Origin: an uncultured Planctomycetota bacterium
GTDB lineage: Bacteria; Planctomycetota; Planctomycetia; Isosphaerales; Isosphaeraceae
Length of the DNA: 64,000 bases
NCBI GenBank assembly: GCA_963823665.1
Contig: CAWGMQ010000008.1
Coordinates: 32,001 to 96,000 of the forward strand
Direction: 5' to 3'
The notes under the pieces are model-generated. The model was not told the origin of the DNA, made no database searches, and saw only the letters and a program-made list of their open reading frames with translations. Numbering within the stretch: the stretch's first letter is position 1; each line of letters begins with the position of its first letter. Of this stretch, positions 38,316 to 49,700 are shown piece after piece. The position numbers and the translations under genes are program-made.

Positions 38316-38882
38316 GTTGTCAGCTCCTGTGTTGAGATGATGCAAAATCGTTCATCGGGTAGGCAGAGACGTGCGGTTTTTCGAGACGGACTGCCCCAGC
38401 CGCTCGAAAGCGCGCCGGTTCCGTGACCAGCCCCCGCCGGTCTTCTGTCGGGTGCGTCCCTCGCCCTCAAAGGCGCAGGGCGGGGAAACGGAACCGTGAG
38501 CGCTTATGCTTGTGGTAAGTCATTGGTGAAGTCGATGCACCGGCCGATCGGGAATTCCTCACGGCCTCCGCACGAGGAGCGAACGGGCCCCTCATCCTCT
38601 CGAACGGACGCCCCCTTCGATGAGGATTGGGCTGATGACCCTACCCGTGCCTGCCTGATCGCTCGCGAATCCGCCGTCGATGCCTGCGCGACGCTTCATT
38701 CTTGGAAAAGAATTCGATACCGGTGAACCTGAAAGAACCGCGTCTCCGCGATTCCTGGCTATCTAGTATTCCCGGGAGTATGTCACGACTTTTTTCGCGA
38801 TGTCGGTGACATGAGCGAACTCGCCTGGGCGCAGAGCGTTGCGCCAGATCGCCGGGGGCTGACGATAGTGGGGCCAGGGGCC

Positions 38883-38955
38883 CGGCTTCAGGTGATCAGG
38901 TCGCCATTCCTTCACGGAGCCGGCGGAGCACGCGTGACTTGGCCAGGCGGACGGC
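38883..38955 (-). pseudogene. Relic 3' end of an ECF sigma factor paralog
   Basis: Aligns with 40261-40334; encodes AVRLAKSRVLRRLRE followed by a frameshifted GDLIT*. Confidence 0.75.
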
Positions 38956-39720
38956 TATGTCAACCGTGGGCAAAGCGCGTGTTGCCGAGCATCTCTAGCC
39001 GGTGCGGGCGAGGCGACACACGATGTCGTAAAGTCGACGGCTCACGCACCGAAGTTGGGTGCAACCCGCCGGTCGTCGTACTCGAACCGATGGCACTTTT
39101 CAAATCGTATTGAACCGGCTCATCAGAATGAAATCTCTCGGCAGTTAATTACCCATCGCTATTGAACTTGCGCTTTTCACGCGAATCGAAAGTGCGACTG
39201 AGAAATGGCCAATTTCGAAAACCGTCACATGATATTAGTAGGGGGAAGGTCCGTGATCGGTGCGGGTGGCCGGTATGGCGTCGCTGTCAGGGCTGTGCTG
39301 TCGCTCGCCTGCACGCCCCCAGCGCTGGCACTGCCCCCATGCTGGCTGGAGGGGAGACCTCCCTCCACCGGCGGCTTCGGCGAGGAGGCGAATCAGGGCG
39401 GAGGACGGAGGACGAGAATCACGACGCGGAGCGGGCGGAGCGGAAGAACCCTTCGATTTACACCAGTGTACGGATGCTGGAAAAATGCGAAAATGCGCCA
39501 CTTTGCGCCACTTGTCGAGCCCAGGATTGGTCACGCAAAGCAGTGCGTGTTGTTCCACATATTGAATCTGAATAACGGGTTCGGAAATTTTCTTCAGGGG
39601 TTGCGGGGTTGACGTATCCTCGTGGCGCTACCTCGCCGAGATCGCCTTAACGAGGCGACGGAGTTGTTCACTAGACGAAGACGCCCGCGGTCGGGGGTGC
39701 TGGGCGTGCGGCGTGACGGT

Positions 39721-39852
39721 CCTGGGGCTCGCGCCCCAGGCTTTACGATGTCGCCCCTGCGGGGCTCAGGTTGATGGAGGGATGGACACTCAACCAAACG
39801 TCGAGATTCGGGGTTCGCGCGCCAGGCTGTACGATGTCCCCCTGCGGGGCTC
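39721..39852. repeat. Two REP-like palindromic elements (39721-39767; degenerate copy 39807-39852)
   Basis: CCTGGGGC-tc-gc-GCCCCAGG-CTTTACGATGTC-GCCCCTGCGGGGC-TC double hairpin, directly repeated. Confidence 0.75.
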
Positions 39853-40265
39853 GGGTGATGCTGGGACTGGACAAAGGAGAATCGTGCCACGGCGGTGGCC
39901 AGCCGGCGCGGCGGAGCGGCATTGGGCCGTTCCCGTAATCGTTTGGTAGAAAGGGGCAGCGGCAAATTCTCAAAACGAACTACTACAATCGGTAAAGAAG
40001 CTGAGACCAAAACCGAAACTCGGGCACACCTGGCCGTTGCGCACGATGACTCCGTCGCCCTGGCGGCTTTGCCGGGTCGTCAGTCGAGCGCACGGTTCGC
40101 TCGCCCGGACTCTGAACTGGGAGGGACCGAGTGCATTCCCGTAATCCTTGTGGCGTAAGGACGCGCGACGAATGTACAAAACGAAGTGGTTGGTCGGAGT
40201 GGACGGTTGAACATTTCGCTCTCTTGGGATGCTTGACGACGCGTTCTTTTGTTCGGCGGGCGGCT

Positions 40266-40851
40266 TCAGGCGATCAGGTCGCCCATCTCCTCGCGGAGGC
40301 GGCGGAGGACGTGGGACTTGGCGAGGCGGACGGCGTTGGGCGTGATTCCCAGCTCGGCGGCGACTTCCGCCGTCGCGCGGGACTCGACGGTCGCCTTCCA
40401 GAAGGCCGTCCAGGTCCGGTTTTCGACCTGGTGCTGGACCAGGCGAAGGGCCCGCTGGTACAGACCGGAGACGTCGTCCGGGCTCTCCGAGAGCTCGACC
40501 TCGACTGCCGGCGCGGGGAGCTGGTGCAACCTGACCAGGGCATCCGTCCCGCCGACGGCCGGCTCACCTCGGTTGCTGGTGTGATGCAAGAGCTTGTGCC
40601 GCGTGATGCCACGCATCCAGCTCCGGAACGTCGTCCCCGGCTGATCGGGCCGGAACTGACCGAGGCTCGAGGCGACCGATGCGAAAACGTCCTGCGTGAC
40701 GTCCGCGACCTCGTGCTGGGCGATCCCCCATTGGCCACACCAGTGGTGGACCAGCGGGGAGTACAGAGCTCACGAGTCGTTCCCAGGCGTCCGGTTCGTG
40801 CGCCATGGCCCGGCGCAAAAGGGAAGAGGACGTATGATCTGCCGGATTCAA
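40266..40851 (-). CDS. ECF-type RNA polymerase sigma-70 factor, frameshift near 40770
   Basis: TSSSLLRRA..DAWERLV / LYSPLVHHWC..DVTQDVF..FRSWMRGITRHK..TWTAFW..AEVAAELGITPNAVRLAKSHVLRRLREE; TTG start uncertain. Confidence 0.85.
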
Positions 40852-41051
40852 TGCGAAAATCTCCGCGGGGTTCGTTCGGCCCGCTCGCATTGCGACTCGG
40901 ACTCTTGACATCGGGCGAGGGACTGTATGGTGCTAAAGTGCACATCTTCTTTTATACTATGACGTTCCTCGGGAATCCAGAAGACAACACGGAACCGGCG
41001 TTCGCCTCGGTCCACAGGGACCACGGTGCGAGGGGACCGGGCGAGGCGCCG

Positions 41052-44000
41052 ATGAGCCGCACCGACTGTCCAAGCCAGGACACACTGGCCGATTTCGTTC
41101 TCGGTAAACTCCGGGTCGCCGATCTGGGGACGGTGGCCGAGCATCTCGAGTCGTGCACGGAATGCGAGCATAAGGTCGGACAGCTTGACGGGATGGCCGA
41201 TGACGTCGTCTCGGAGCTGAAGCGGATGTCTGGGCCAGTCCCGGGCGGCGCCGGCGACGACCCGACCGAGGCGGCCGGGCCTTCTGGCGTGGGCGAGATG
41301 CCCCGAGCGACCGAGCCGTGGGGCGAGTTCCGGATCGTCCGCGAGATCAGCCGCGGTGGCATGGGGATTGTTTGCGAGGCCTACCAGGGATCGCTTAACC
41401 GCCACGTCGCGCTGAAGTTCCTGCCGGAGCACGGCAACCTCTCAAGGTTCCGCCGCGAGGCCCAGGCCGCCGGGCGGCTGCACCACACCCACATCGTGCC
41501 GGTCTTCGGCGTGGGCGAGCACCAGGGGCGGCATTTCTACGTCATGCAGTACATCGCCGGCCGCGGGCTCGACGCCGTGTTCCAAGAGCGGGCCGCGGCC
41601 GCGAGCGAGAGCGGACGATCCGCGGGTCGCGCTGGTGCCCGCGAGGCGGCGCGGATCGGCGCACAGGTGGCCGCGGCCCTTGCTTATGCCCATGGCCAGG
41701 GGGTGATCCACCGCGACATCAAACCCTCGAACCTGCTCCTGGACGACCAGGGGACCGTGTGGATCACCGACTTCGGCCTGGCCAAGGTCGCCGACCAGCA
41801 TGACTTGACCGGTACCGGCGATTTCCTCGGCACCCTGCGCTACATGCCTCCGGAGGCGTTTGAGGGGAAGTACGACGCGCGCGGCGACGTCTACGCGCTG
41901 GGACTCACCCTGTACGAGCTTCTGGCCCTTCGCCCGGCGTACGACGAGGCGGACCGCGTCCGCCTGATCCGCATGATCACCTGCGAGAATCCGTCGCGGC
42001 TGCGGGACCTCGATCGCCAGATCCCGCGCGACCTGGAGACGGTGATCCACAAGGCGATCGAGCGCAATTCGGGGCATCGCTACCAGACGGCTGCCCTTCT
42101 GGCCGAGGACTTGCAGCGATTCATCGAGGACCGCCCGATCCGGGCCCGGCGGATCGGCGAGGCGGAGCGGATTACCCGCTGGTGCCGTCGCAACCCGGTG
42201 CCGGCGGGCCTGGTGGCGGCGCTCTTGCTGGTCTTCTGGGTGGGGTTCGCCGGGGTTGCCTGGAAGTGGCGCGAGGCCGTGGCCGAGCGCGAGGCACGGG
42301 AGGAGCAGGTGGTCAAGGCCAACTCTGCCGGCCTCGATGCCCGCGTCGCGCGTGACCTCGCCCTGGGAGCGGAGAAAAAGGCGCTCGACGCCGCCCGACG
42401 CGCCAAAGGGGCAGAGAAACAGGCGCTCGACGCCGCGGCAGTTGCGGGACGTCGGTTGTACTCCAGCCTGATCGACCGTGCCCGGCTCGAGCACGAGGCG
42501 GCCAATATCGAGGAGGCCGAGGCTATCCTGGATCGCTGCGAGCCCGCCGTGGCTGGGAGTGGCATTACCTCAAAAGCCTCGACCACGCGGAGGTCTTCAC
42601 CCTGCGCGGGCATGCCGGCTGGGTCGACTCAGTTGCCTGGAGCCCGGACGGGAGATGGATCGCCACGTCAGGCGGCGGCAATCCCTATTTCGGGAATCCA
42701 GGCAATCGCATCCGCCCCGGCACGGTGGTCCTCTGGGATGCGGCGAGCGGCCGGCCGGTGCACACGTTGACCGACTACGGGCACCTCGTGGGCCAGGTCG
42801 CTTTTACCTCGGACGGGCGGATGATCGCCACGCCGAGCCTCGACGGGGCACTCCGCCTCCACGATGTGATGACCGGCCGGCTGGTCCGTACGCTCAAAGG
42901 GGCCGCGGGGTCGGGCACCATGGTGATGTTGCCCGACGGCCGTCGGCTGGCTTCCGATGCCAACGACCGCTCGCTTGCCCTCTGGGACATCGCCACGGGG
43001 GAACGATCCACACTCCTCGGCGCGCAGCCGGAGAAGCTCCACTCGCCCCACGCATTCAGCTCCGACGGCCGGTGGTTGGCGACCATCGGCGGGGGTTTTC
43101 GAGTCCGGGACGCCGGCACCGGGACAGAGGCCGCCTGGCCGGACCACGCGATCCACTATTCGAGCCTGGCTATCAGCCCCGATTCCCGCGTGCTCGCCCT
43201 GGGGTCGATGCTCGGTCAAATCACGCTCTGGAACCTTTTCGATGGCCGGCTGCGACAGACTCTGGCCGGCCACCAGGGCTGGGTACGTGCGCTCGCTTTC
43301 AGCGCGGATGGCCGATCTCTCGCCTCGGCCGGCGACGACCGCACCGTGCGGATCTGGGACGTTGGGGGGGGATCTTTGGTCCGTGTGATTCGCGGCCATA
43401 CTGAGATTGTCACAGGACTGGCCTTCAGCCCGGCCGGCGACCGGATGGTCACGGGCTCGCAAGATGGGACGGCGCGGGTCTGGGACCTGAACGTCGATTA
43501 CAGGACCGGGTCCACCGGAACCGAACCGTTTCCGCAATTCGAGGCGATCGAGGCGATCGCCTACGCGCGGGGGGGCCGCGAGCTGCGGAGCTTCACGCGC
43601 ACCGGCCGTGTGTATCGGCATGCGCCGGGCTCGCTGGGCGGGCTGGGGCTCGTCTCGACCGGTCTCGATGTCGGTTGGCGCACGCCACTGGAACCGGCCG
43701 CCTTCGATGCCGTGGGCCGGCGGGTCGTCGCCGTCGATAAGCGGTTCCTCCGCGAGGCGGTTTGCCAGGATGTGGATGGAGGCGGCCGGCGGACGACCTT
43801 GCACGGCCATACGTTGGCGATCGCCTTTGCCACCCTCTCGGCCGACGGCACCCGCGCCGCCACCGCGGCGATGTCTGGGGCTGCCGAGAGGCGCACCGAG
43901 GTCTTCGTCTGGGACGCCGTATCCGGGCGCTTGCTCCATCGGCGCGAGGTCTCTGGCGAGGGAATCGATCGCGTCGCGCTGGATCCCACCGGCCGGCGGC

Positions 44001-45460
44001 TGGCCGTCTCCGGCTTCCGGATCACGACGGCGAGCGACGGGACCAAGACACCCCGAGATCCGTTCGTGGTGGTCTTCGACGTCGATACCGGCCACGAGCT
44101 TTTGCGACCTAAGGTCGGCGATGATCGATTTCCGGCGTTAGGCTTCAGCGGCGACGGCCGACGATTGGCCGCGGCGGGCATTGCGCGGACGGTCCTGATC
44201 TGGGACCTGGAGGCGGGGATGGCCGCGGTGGAGTCGCGACAGGGTCCGCCGGGCATCGCCCTGGATCTGGAGTTCAGTCCGGACGGGCGGCGGCTGGCGG
44301 TCGCCTCGCGCCAGCAGGTGAAGCTGATGGACACCGAGACGGCCGAGGAGTTGCTCACGCTCCGCAGCCGGGCCCAGCTCGTCTCCAACAACTACGGCTT
44401 CAATCCACGCGTCCGGTTCAGCCCCGACGGACGTGACCTGGCGGCGGCGTGCCACGACGTATCGGATGTGCTGGCCGTGTGGTCCAGTCTCCAGGACGCA
44501 CCCGCGAATTCCCCGGCGCGCGACCGCATGGCACGCCGACGCGCGGTTATCCGCCACCTCGCTTTCATCGGGCTCGATTTGAGGCGGCCGACGGACCGGC
44601 GTCTCGCGCTGGAACACCTCGAACAAGTGGAACGGATCGGCATGGAATCGGCCGACGAGTTCCTGGCGCGAGCCGCCAAGCTCATGGACCTGGATCTCTG
44701 GGAGCAGGCGGACGCCGACCTGGACCGGGCGATCGCGCTGGCGCCGAGGGACGACGAGGTCCTGATCACGGCAGCCCTCATCTGTACGGTTTGCGGCCGC
44801 TTCGACCGCGCCCGAAGCTGGTATGACCGGATGTCGGACCCAGCCGCTTCTCTGCCATCTGCCGAACTCGACTGGCGGTGCGCGGCTTTCGTGCTCGACG
44901 GCGATCTCGCCCGCTATCGCCGATTCTGTGCGGAGGCCGTGAGACGCCTCGAATTGGATCAGGTCGGCCGATGGAGTGCGGGCGCCCTGGCGTACGCCCT
45001 CACCCTGGGGCCCGACCCAGGCTTGGGTGCCGGCGAAAGGCTGCGGATCGCGGAGCGGGTCTATGATGGCACGTCGGGTGCCGATCACCCTAGGTTGCGG
45101 ATGTGGGCTTTGCTCGCACTCGGGGCCGCGCAGGTGCGGGCCGGAGCCCCCGAGCGCGCGGAGCCGCTCTTCCGTGACGCGATCGCCAAGCTGCCCGATG
45201 GGGCGTACGGGGCCACCGTCGCCGCCTGGATGGCCATCGCGACCTGGCAGCAGGGGCGTCGCGACGAGGCGAGGTCGTGGTCCGCCCGGGCCGATCGCTT
45301 CGTCAGCGAGCTACGGTTCCGCGGCCATTCCGGCCTCGAGTTTCGCGCGCCGCCGGGCGTGTGGCCGCCAAGTGACTGGTGGCGCCTGCTGATCGCCCGG
45401 CGCGAGGCCCATGCCTTGATCTTCGACGCCGACTTCCCCGCCCATCCCTTCGCCCGATGA
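41052..45460 (+). CDS. Zinc-finger (anti-sigma-like) Ser/Thr kinase with TM, WD40 repeats and TPR tail, frameshift near 42545
   Basis: MSRTDCPS..HLESCTEC; RGGMG, HRDIKPSN, DFG, GTLRYMPPE; after the shift RGWEWHYLK..LRGHAGWVDSVAWSPDG, continuing into ORF 42725..45460. Confidence 0.85.
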
Positions 45461-45533
45461 GGACCGGCGGCGGTTCCCGCCGGATCGGATCAGGACCGGG
45501 CGGTTTCCCCCAATCTCCGGCCGTTTCCGGCGA

Positions 45534-46565
45534 ATGCCCTTGCGAGTCATTGCGCCTGCACCGGCCGAGAAAGGCAGAGTGGTGTTCAACCTGGTTGAGA
45601 ATATGGAGAACACGGCCGAATCGACCCTAAAGCGATCGCGGGCGCTTTTCGCGCTCCGCGGACTGATCGCGGGGGTGCTGCTCGGCGGCGTGAGCGCGGG
45701 GCTGGAATACCTGCTCAAGGGCAGAAAGATCCATGATGTCGCGTTGCCCACCGACCTGATTTTATATCCCCTCGTGGGTCTAGGGATTTTCTGGTTCGGT
45801 TACGTAAATCCGCATATGTGGCACTGGGCGCGCCCGCGCGGCTTCTTTTCGGACGAGCCACTGCCTCCGGAACAGGCTGCGGCGCGCGGCGGCCGGACCC
45901 GGCGATCGGCGTGGCTCGGCTTCGGCTGGGGGATAACGATTGCGCTCCTGGCAACCGCCCTCGAGTTCGCCTGGGGCGGCTGGCCATTTCTGGCAGCAAC
46001 GTTCGTCGGCGGCCTGATTTTCTATCCTTATATGGGCATCTTGCTCGGTTACAACCTCAGCCTTCGGCCGGGTGACTCGAAGCCGTCGATCCGCAGCTTC
46101 CGGTTCCGGATGAGCACCTTGATGGTCCTCGTGGCGTACTTTGGGGTGCTCTGCGGTCTTGGAACCGTGGCATCACGATACAGCAGCTTGGCCCTGAAGT
46201 ATCGAGCAAGTGCTCTGAACGCACGCACAATGATCGACGTCTTTCAAACTCAGCTCGATCGAGCTCGTGTCGATTTGAAGCGCGCCGAAAGCGCGAAAGA
46301 GCTACGTGCCGGACGCATCCCAGACGGATTGCTCCCTTCGCAGATAGCGTTTCTGAAGGGGCTCGACGGCAGCGCAACCGAGGAATACAAGAAATACCGG
46401 TACGGGCTGATCGCCGACGGCGAGGATCTACAAGCCGGGCTCGCGACGCAAAACGTGGCGGAATTCACGCCTCGCATCGAGATCTACAAGATTGTTGCCG
46501 ACAAATACGAGAAAGCCGCGCAGAAACCCTGGGTACCTGTCGAGCCCGATCCGCCGATGCCGTGA
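45534..46565 (+). CDS. Hypothetical multi-pass membrane protein (alternative start 45603)
   Basis: About five hydrophobic segments; FRFRMSTLMVLVAY; C-terminal KYEKAAQKPWVPVEPDPP. Confidence 0.75.
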   Translation: MPLRVIAPAPAEKGRVVFNLVENMENTAESTLKRSRALFALRGLIAGVLLGGVSAGLEYLLKGRKIHDVALPTDLILYPLVGLGIFWFGYVNPHMWHWARPRGFFSDEPLPPEQAAARGGRTRRSAWLGFGWGITIALLATALEFAWGGWPFLAATFVGGLIFYPYMGILLGYNLSLRPGDSKPSIRSFRFRMSTLMVLVAYFGVLCGLGTVASRYSSLALKYRASALNARTMIDVFQTQLDRARVDLKRAESAKELRAGRIPDGLLPSQIAFLKGLDGSATEEYKKYRYGLIADGEDLQAGLATQNVAEFTPRIEIYKIVADKYEKAAQKPWVPVEPDPPMP

Positions 46566-46714
46566 CGACGCGCCAAATCGAGCGGACTTTTCAAACCATA
46601 CGCCCCGTCGTATGATTGAGATCGAACGATCCTACCACTCGACCATACCCGCCTACGCATCGCGGCCGGACGCACGTCCGCCTGGGGTGCTTGACCGACT
46701 CGGGGGCCAAAGGC

Positions 46715-49700
46715 ATGGCGTGCTCCGTGCGAATTGCGCTGTTCTTGATGCTCGGGTGCTGGCAGTCAGCTCGCGCAAATTCGCCGAACGAGAAAGAGCC
46801 CGACCGGCCGGCGCCTCAGGTGAACTACGCACGCGACGTCCGGCCGATTCTCTCCGACAATTGCTTCGCGTGCCACGGCCCCGACAACCACAAACGCAAA
46901 GCCGGGCTGCGCTTCGACACGAAGGACGGTGCGTTCACCAAGCTCGAGAGCGGCAGCACCGCCATCGTGCCCGGCAAACTCGAGGAAAGCGAGCTCATCG
47001 ATCGGATCAACAATGAAGACCCCGATCTGCGCATGCCGCCGGCGAAGAGTGGCAAAAAACTGACTGCCGCGCAGGTTGCGGTCTTGCGGCGATGGGTGGA
47101 GCAGGGGGCGAAGACTTCGTCACACTGGGCGTTCGAGCCGGCGGTGAAACCCCCTGCGCCATCCGTCAAGAACGAGGGCTGGCCCAGGAACACGATCGAC
47201 CGTTTCATTCTGGCGCGGCTCGAAGCTGAGGGGCTCTCGCCCGCGCGTGAGGCCGCCAAGACGACGCTGATCCGCCGCGTCACGCTCGACCTGACCGGTC
47301 TTCCACCTACTCTCGAGCAGGTCGACGCCTTCCTCGCCGATCGATCGCCAGAGGCCTATGAAAAGGTCGTCGACGGCCTGCTCGAGTCGCCCCGCTACGG
47401 CGAACACATGGCGCGGTTCTGGCTCGACGCGGCCCGCTATGGCGACACGCACGGCCTGCACCTCGACAACTATCGGGAGATCTGGCCCTACCGCGAGTGG
47501 GTGATCAATGCCTTCAATACAAACAAGAAGTTCGACTCATTCATTCTCGAGCAGCTCGCCGGCGACCTCTTGCCCAATCCGACCCCCGATCAGTTGATCG
47601 CGACCGGCTTCAATCGCTGCCATGTCTCCACCAACGAAGGGGGCTCGATTGAAGAGGAAGTCTACGTCCGCAACGTGGTGGATCAGGTTGACACGAACGG
47701 CACCGTTTTTCTTGGACTGACAACCGGCTGCGCGCGATGCCACGACCACAAGTACGACCCCATCCGGACCAAGGACTACTACCAGCTCTTCGCGTTCTTC
47801 AACAATATCGACGGCCCGCCCATGGACGGGAACGGCGCGAAATGGGCGCCGATCGTTCGCGTGCCAACACGTAAGCAAGCCGACGAAACGCGAGCACTTG
47901 CCGCCGAGATCGCTCAACTGGAACAAGCCAAGCGCGAAATTATCACCAGAATGGTCGCCGACCCCGGCCAGATAAAAGACGACGGCGATGGCAAGGCCGT
48001 CGGTGCGAGAACCGAGTTCGTCTGGATCGATGACGCCCTGCCGGCCGGCGCCACACACCAGGGTGAGGGTGAATTCGTTGAAAAGCCGAAGAATCCGGTT
48101 TTCAGCGGCCGCGCGGCCTTGCGAATCACCGCCCGCGGCGTCAATCAGCGATTCTTCGACAGCTCGCCGCGCAAGCTTCGAGTCGGGGCAGGCGATACGC
48201 TTTTCGCATATGTTTACGTGGCCTCAAACCGCCCGGCCAAGGAGCTGATGCTTCAATGGCACACGAACGGCAACTGGACTCATCGCGCCTACTGGGGTGG
48301 AAACCAGGTTGATTTCGGCAAGGACGGCACTCCCGAGCGCACGCGGCTGGGCGACCTGCCCGCGCCTGGAAAATGGGTGCGTCTGGAGGTGCCGGTGGAA
48401 AAGCTCAAGCTCGCGCCTGGCACCGAAATCGACGGGTGGGCATTCACTCAGTTCGACGGCACGGTTTTCTGGGACAAGGCTGGAATCGAAACCACGACGC
48501 CACAAGACGGGCAGCTCTATAATTCGCTCTCGGCCTGGATAAATTCGGTGCGCAGCGGAGCAAGCGGGGGCGTGCCCGAGCCGATCAAGAAGATTGCCGC
48601 AATCGAGAAGCCGAAGCGAAGTGAATCTCAGTTGAAGGAGCTGATCGCGTATTTTATTGAACACGCGTACGCGAAGACGGCGAAGCTGCTGGAACCGATC
48701 GACGCCAAGGTCGCGCTAGTACAGCGGCGGCGCAAGGAGCTGGAGGAGCAGCTTCCGACCACGCTCGTGTTTCGTGAGAAGGGCGGTGAGCCCAAACCTG
48801 CGTTTCTGCTCAAGCGAGGCGAATATGACCAGCGTGGCGAGAAAGTCGAGCGCGGCGTGCCCGCGTTCCTGCCCCCGCTTCCCCCGGGCGCGCCGGTTAA
48901 TCGACTTGGACTCGCTCAGTGGCTGATCGCTCCCAACCACCCGCTGACGGCGCGCGTCGCCGTCAATCGACTCTGGCTTCAGGTCTTCGGCACGGGGTTC
49001 GTCAAGACGGCCGAAGACTTTGGCGCGCAGGGAGAGCCGCCCAGCCATCCGGAGCTGCTCGACTGGCTGGCGGTGACGTTTCGTGAAGAGGGTTGGAACG
49101 TCAAACGGCTGATGAAGCAGCTTGTGATGTCGGCGGCTTACCGGCAGTCTGCGCGTGTGACTCCGGAGAGTCTTGCCAAAGACCCTGCCAACCGGCTGCT
49201 GGCGCGCGGGCCGCGATTCCGGCTCGATGCAGAAATGCTTCGCGACCAGGCGCTTTTTGTGAGCGGCCTTCTGGTCGAGCGTCTAGGCGGAGCCAGTGTG
49301 AAGCCGCCCCAGCCGTCGGGCCTGTGGGAGGCCGTGGCTTACACCGACAGTAACACCGCTCATTTCAAGGCCGACTCCGGCCCGGATAAAGTGCACCGGC
49401 GCAGCCTGTACACGTTCTGGAAGCGGACGGCCGCACCGCCGCAGATGACGACGTTTGATGCTCCGTCGCGCGAGTCGTGCCAGGTGCGCCGCGAGCGGAC
49501 AAACACGCCGCTCCAGGCGCTCCTGCTCCTGAACGAGCCGCAGTTCGTCGAGGCCGCACGCAAACTGGCCGAGCGGACGCTGCGCGAGGGCGGCTCGACT
49601 TCCGAAGATCGTTTGACTTTCATACACCGCGTGGTCCTCGCGCGACCGCCAGAAGCCAAAGACCTTGCCGAATTGACGGCGGCACTCAACGACCTGACGA

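Noticed and set aside
38417..38495. c-di-GMP-I riboswitch upstream of the giant protein (GGGACGCA on the minus strand)
   Set aside because: Lacks the GGCAAA/GNRA-loop/GCAAAG context.
39162..39612. Several short overlapping ORFs in the non-coding stretch
   Set aside because: No recognisable motif; atypical composition.
40131..41051. 307-aa N-terminal extension of the kinase ORF
   Set aside because: Antisense to the ECF sigma gene; likely start is ATG 41052.
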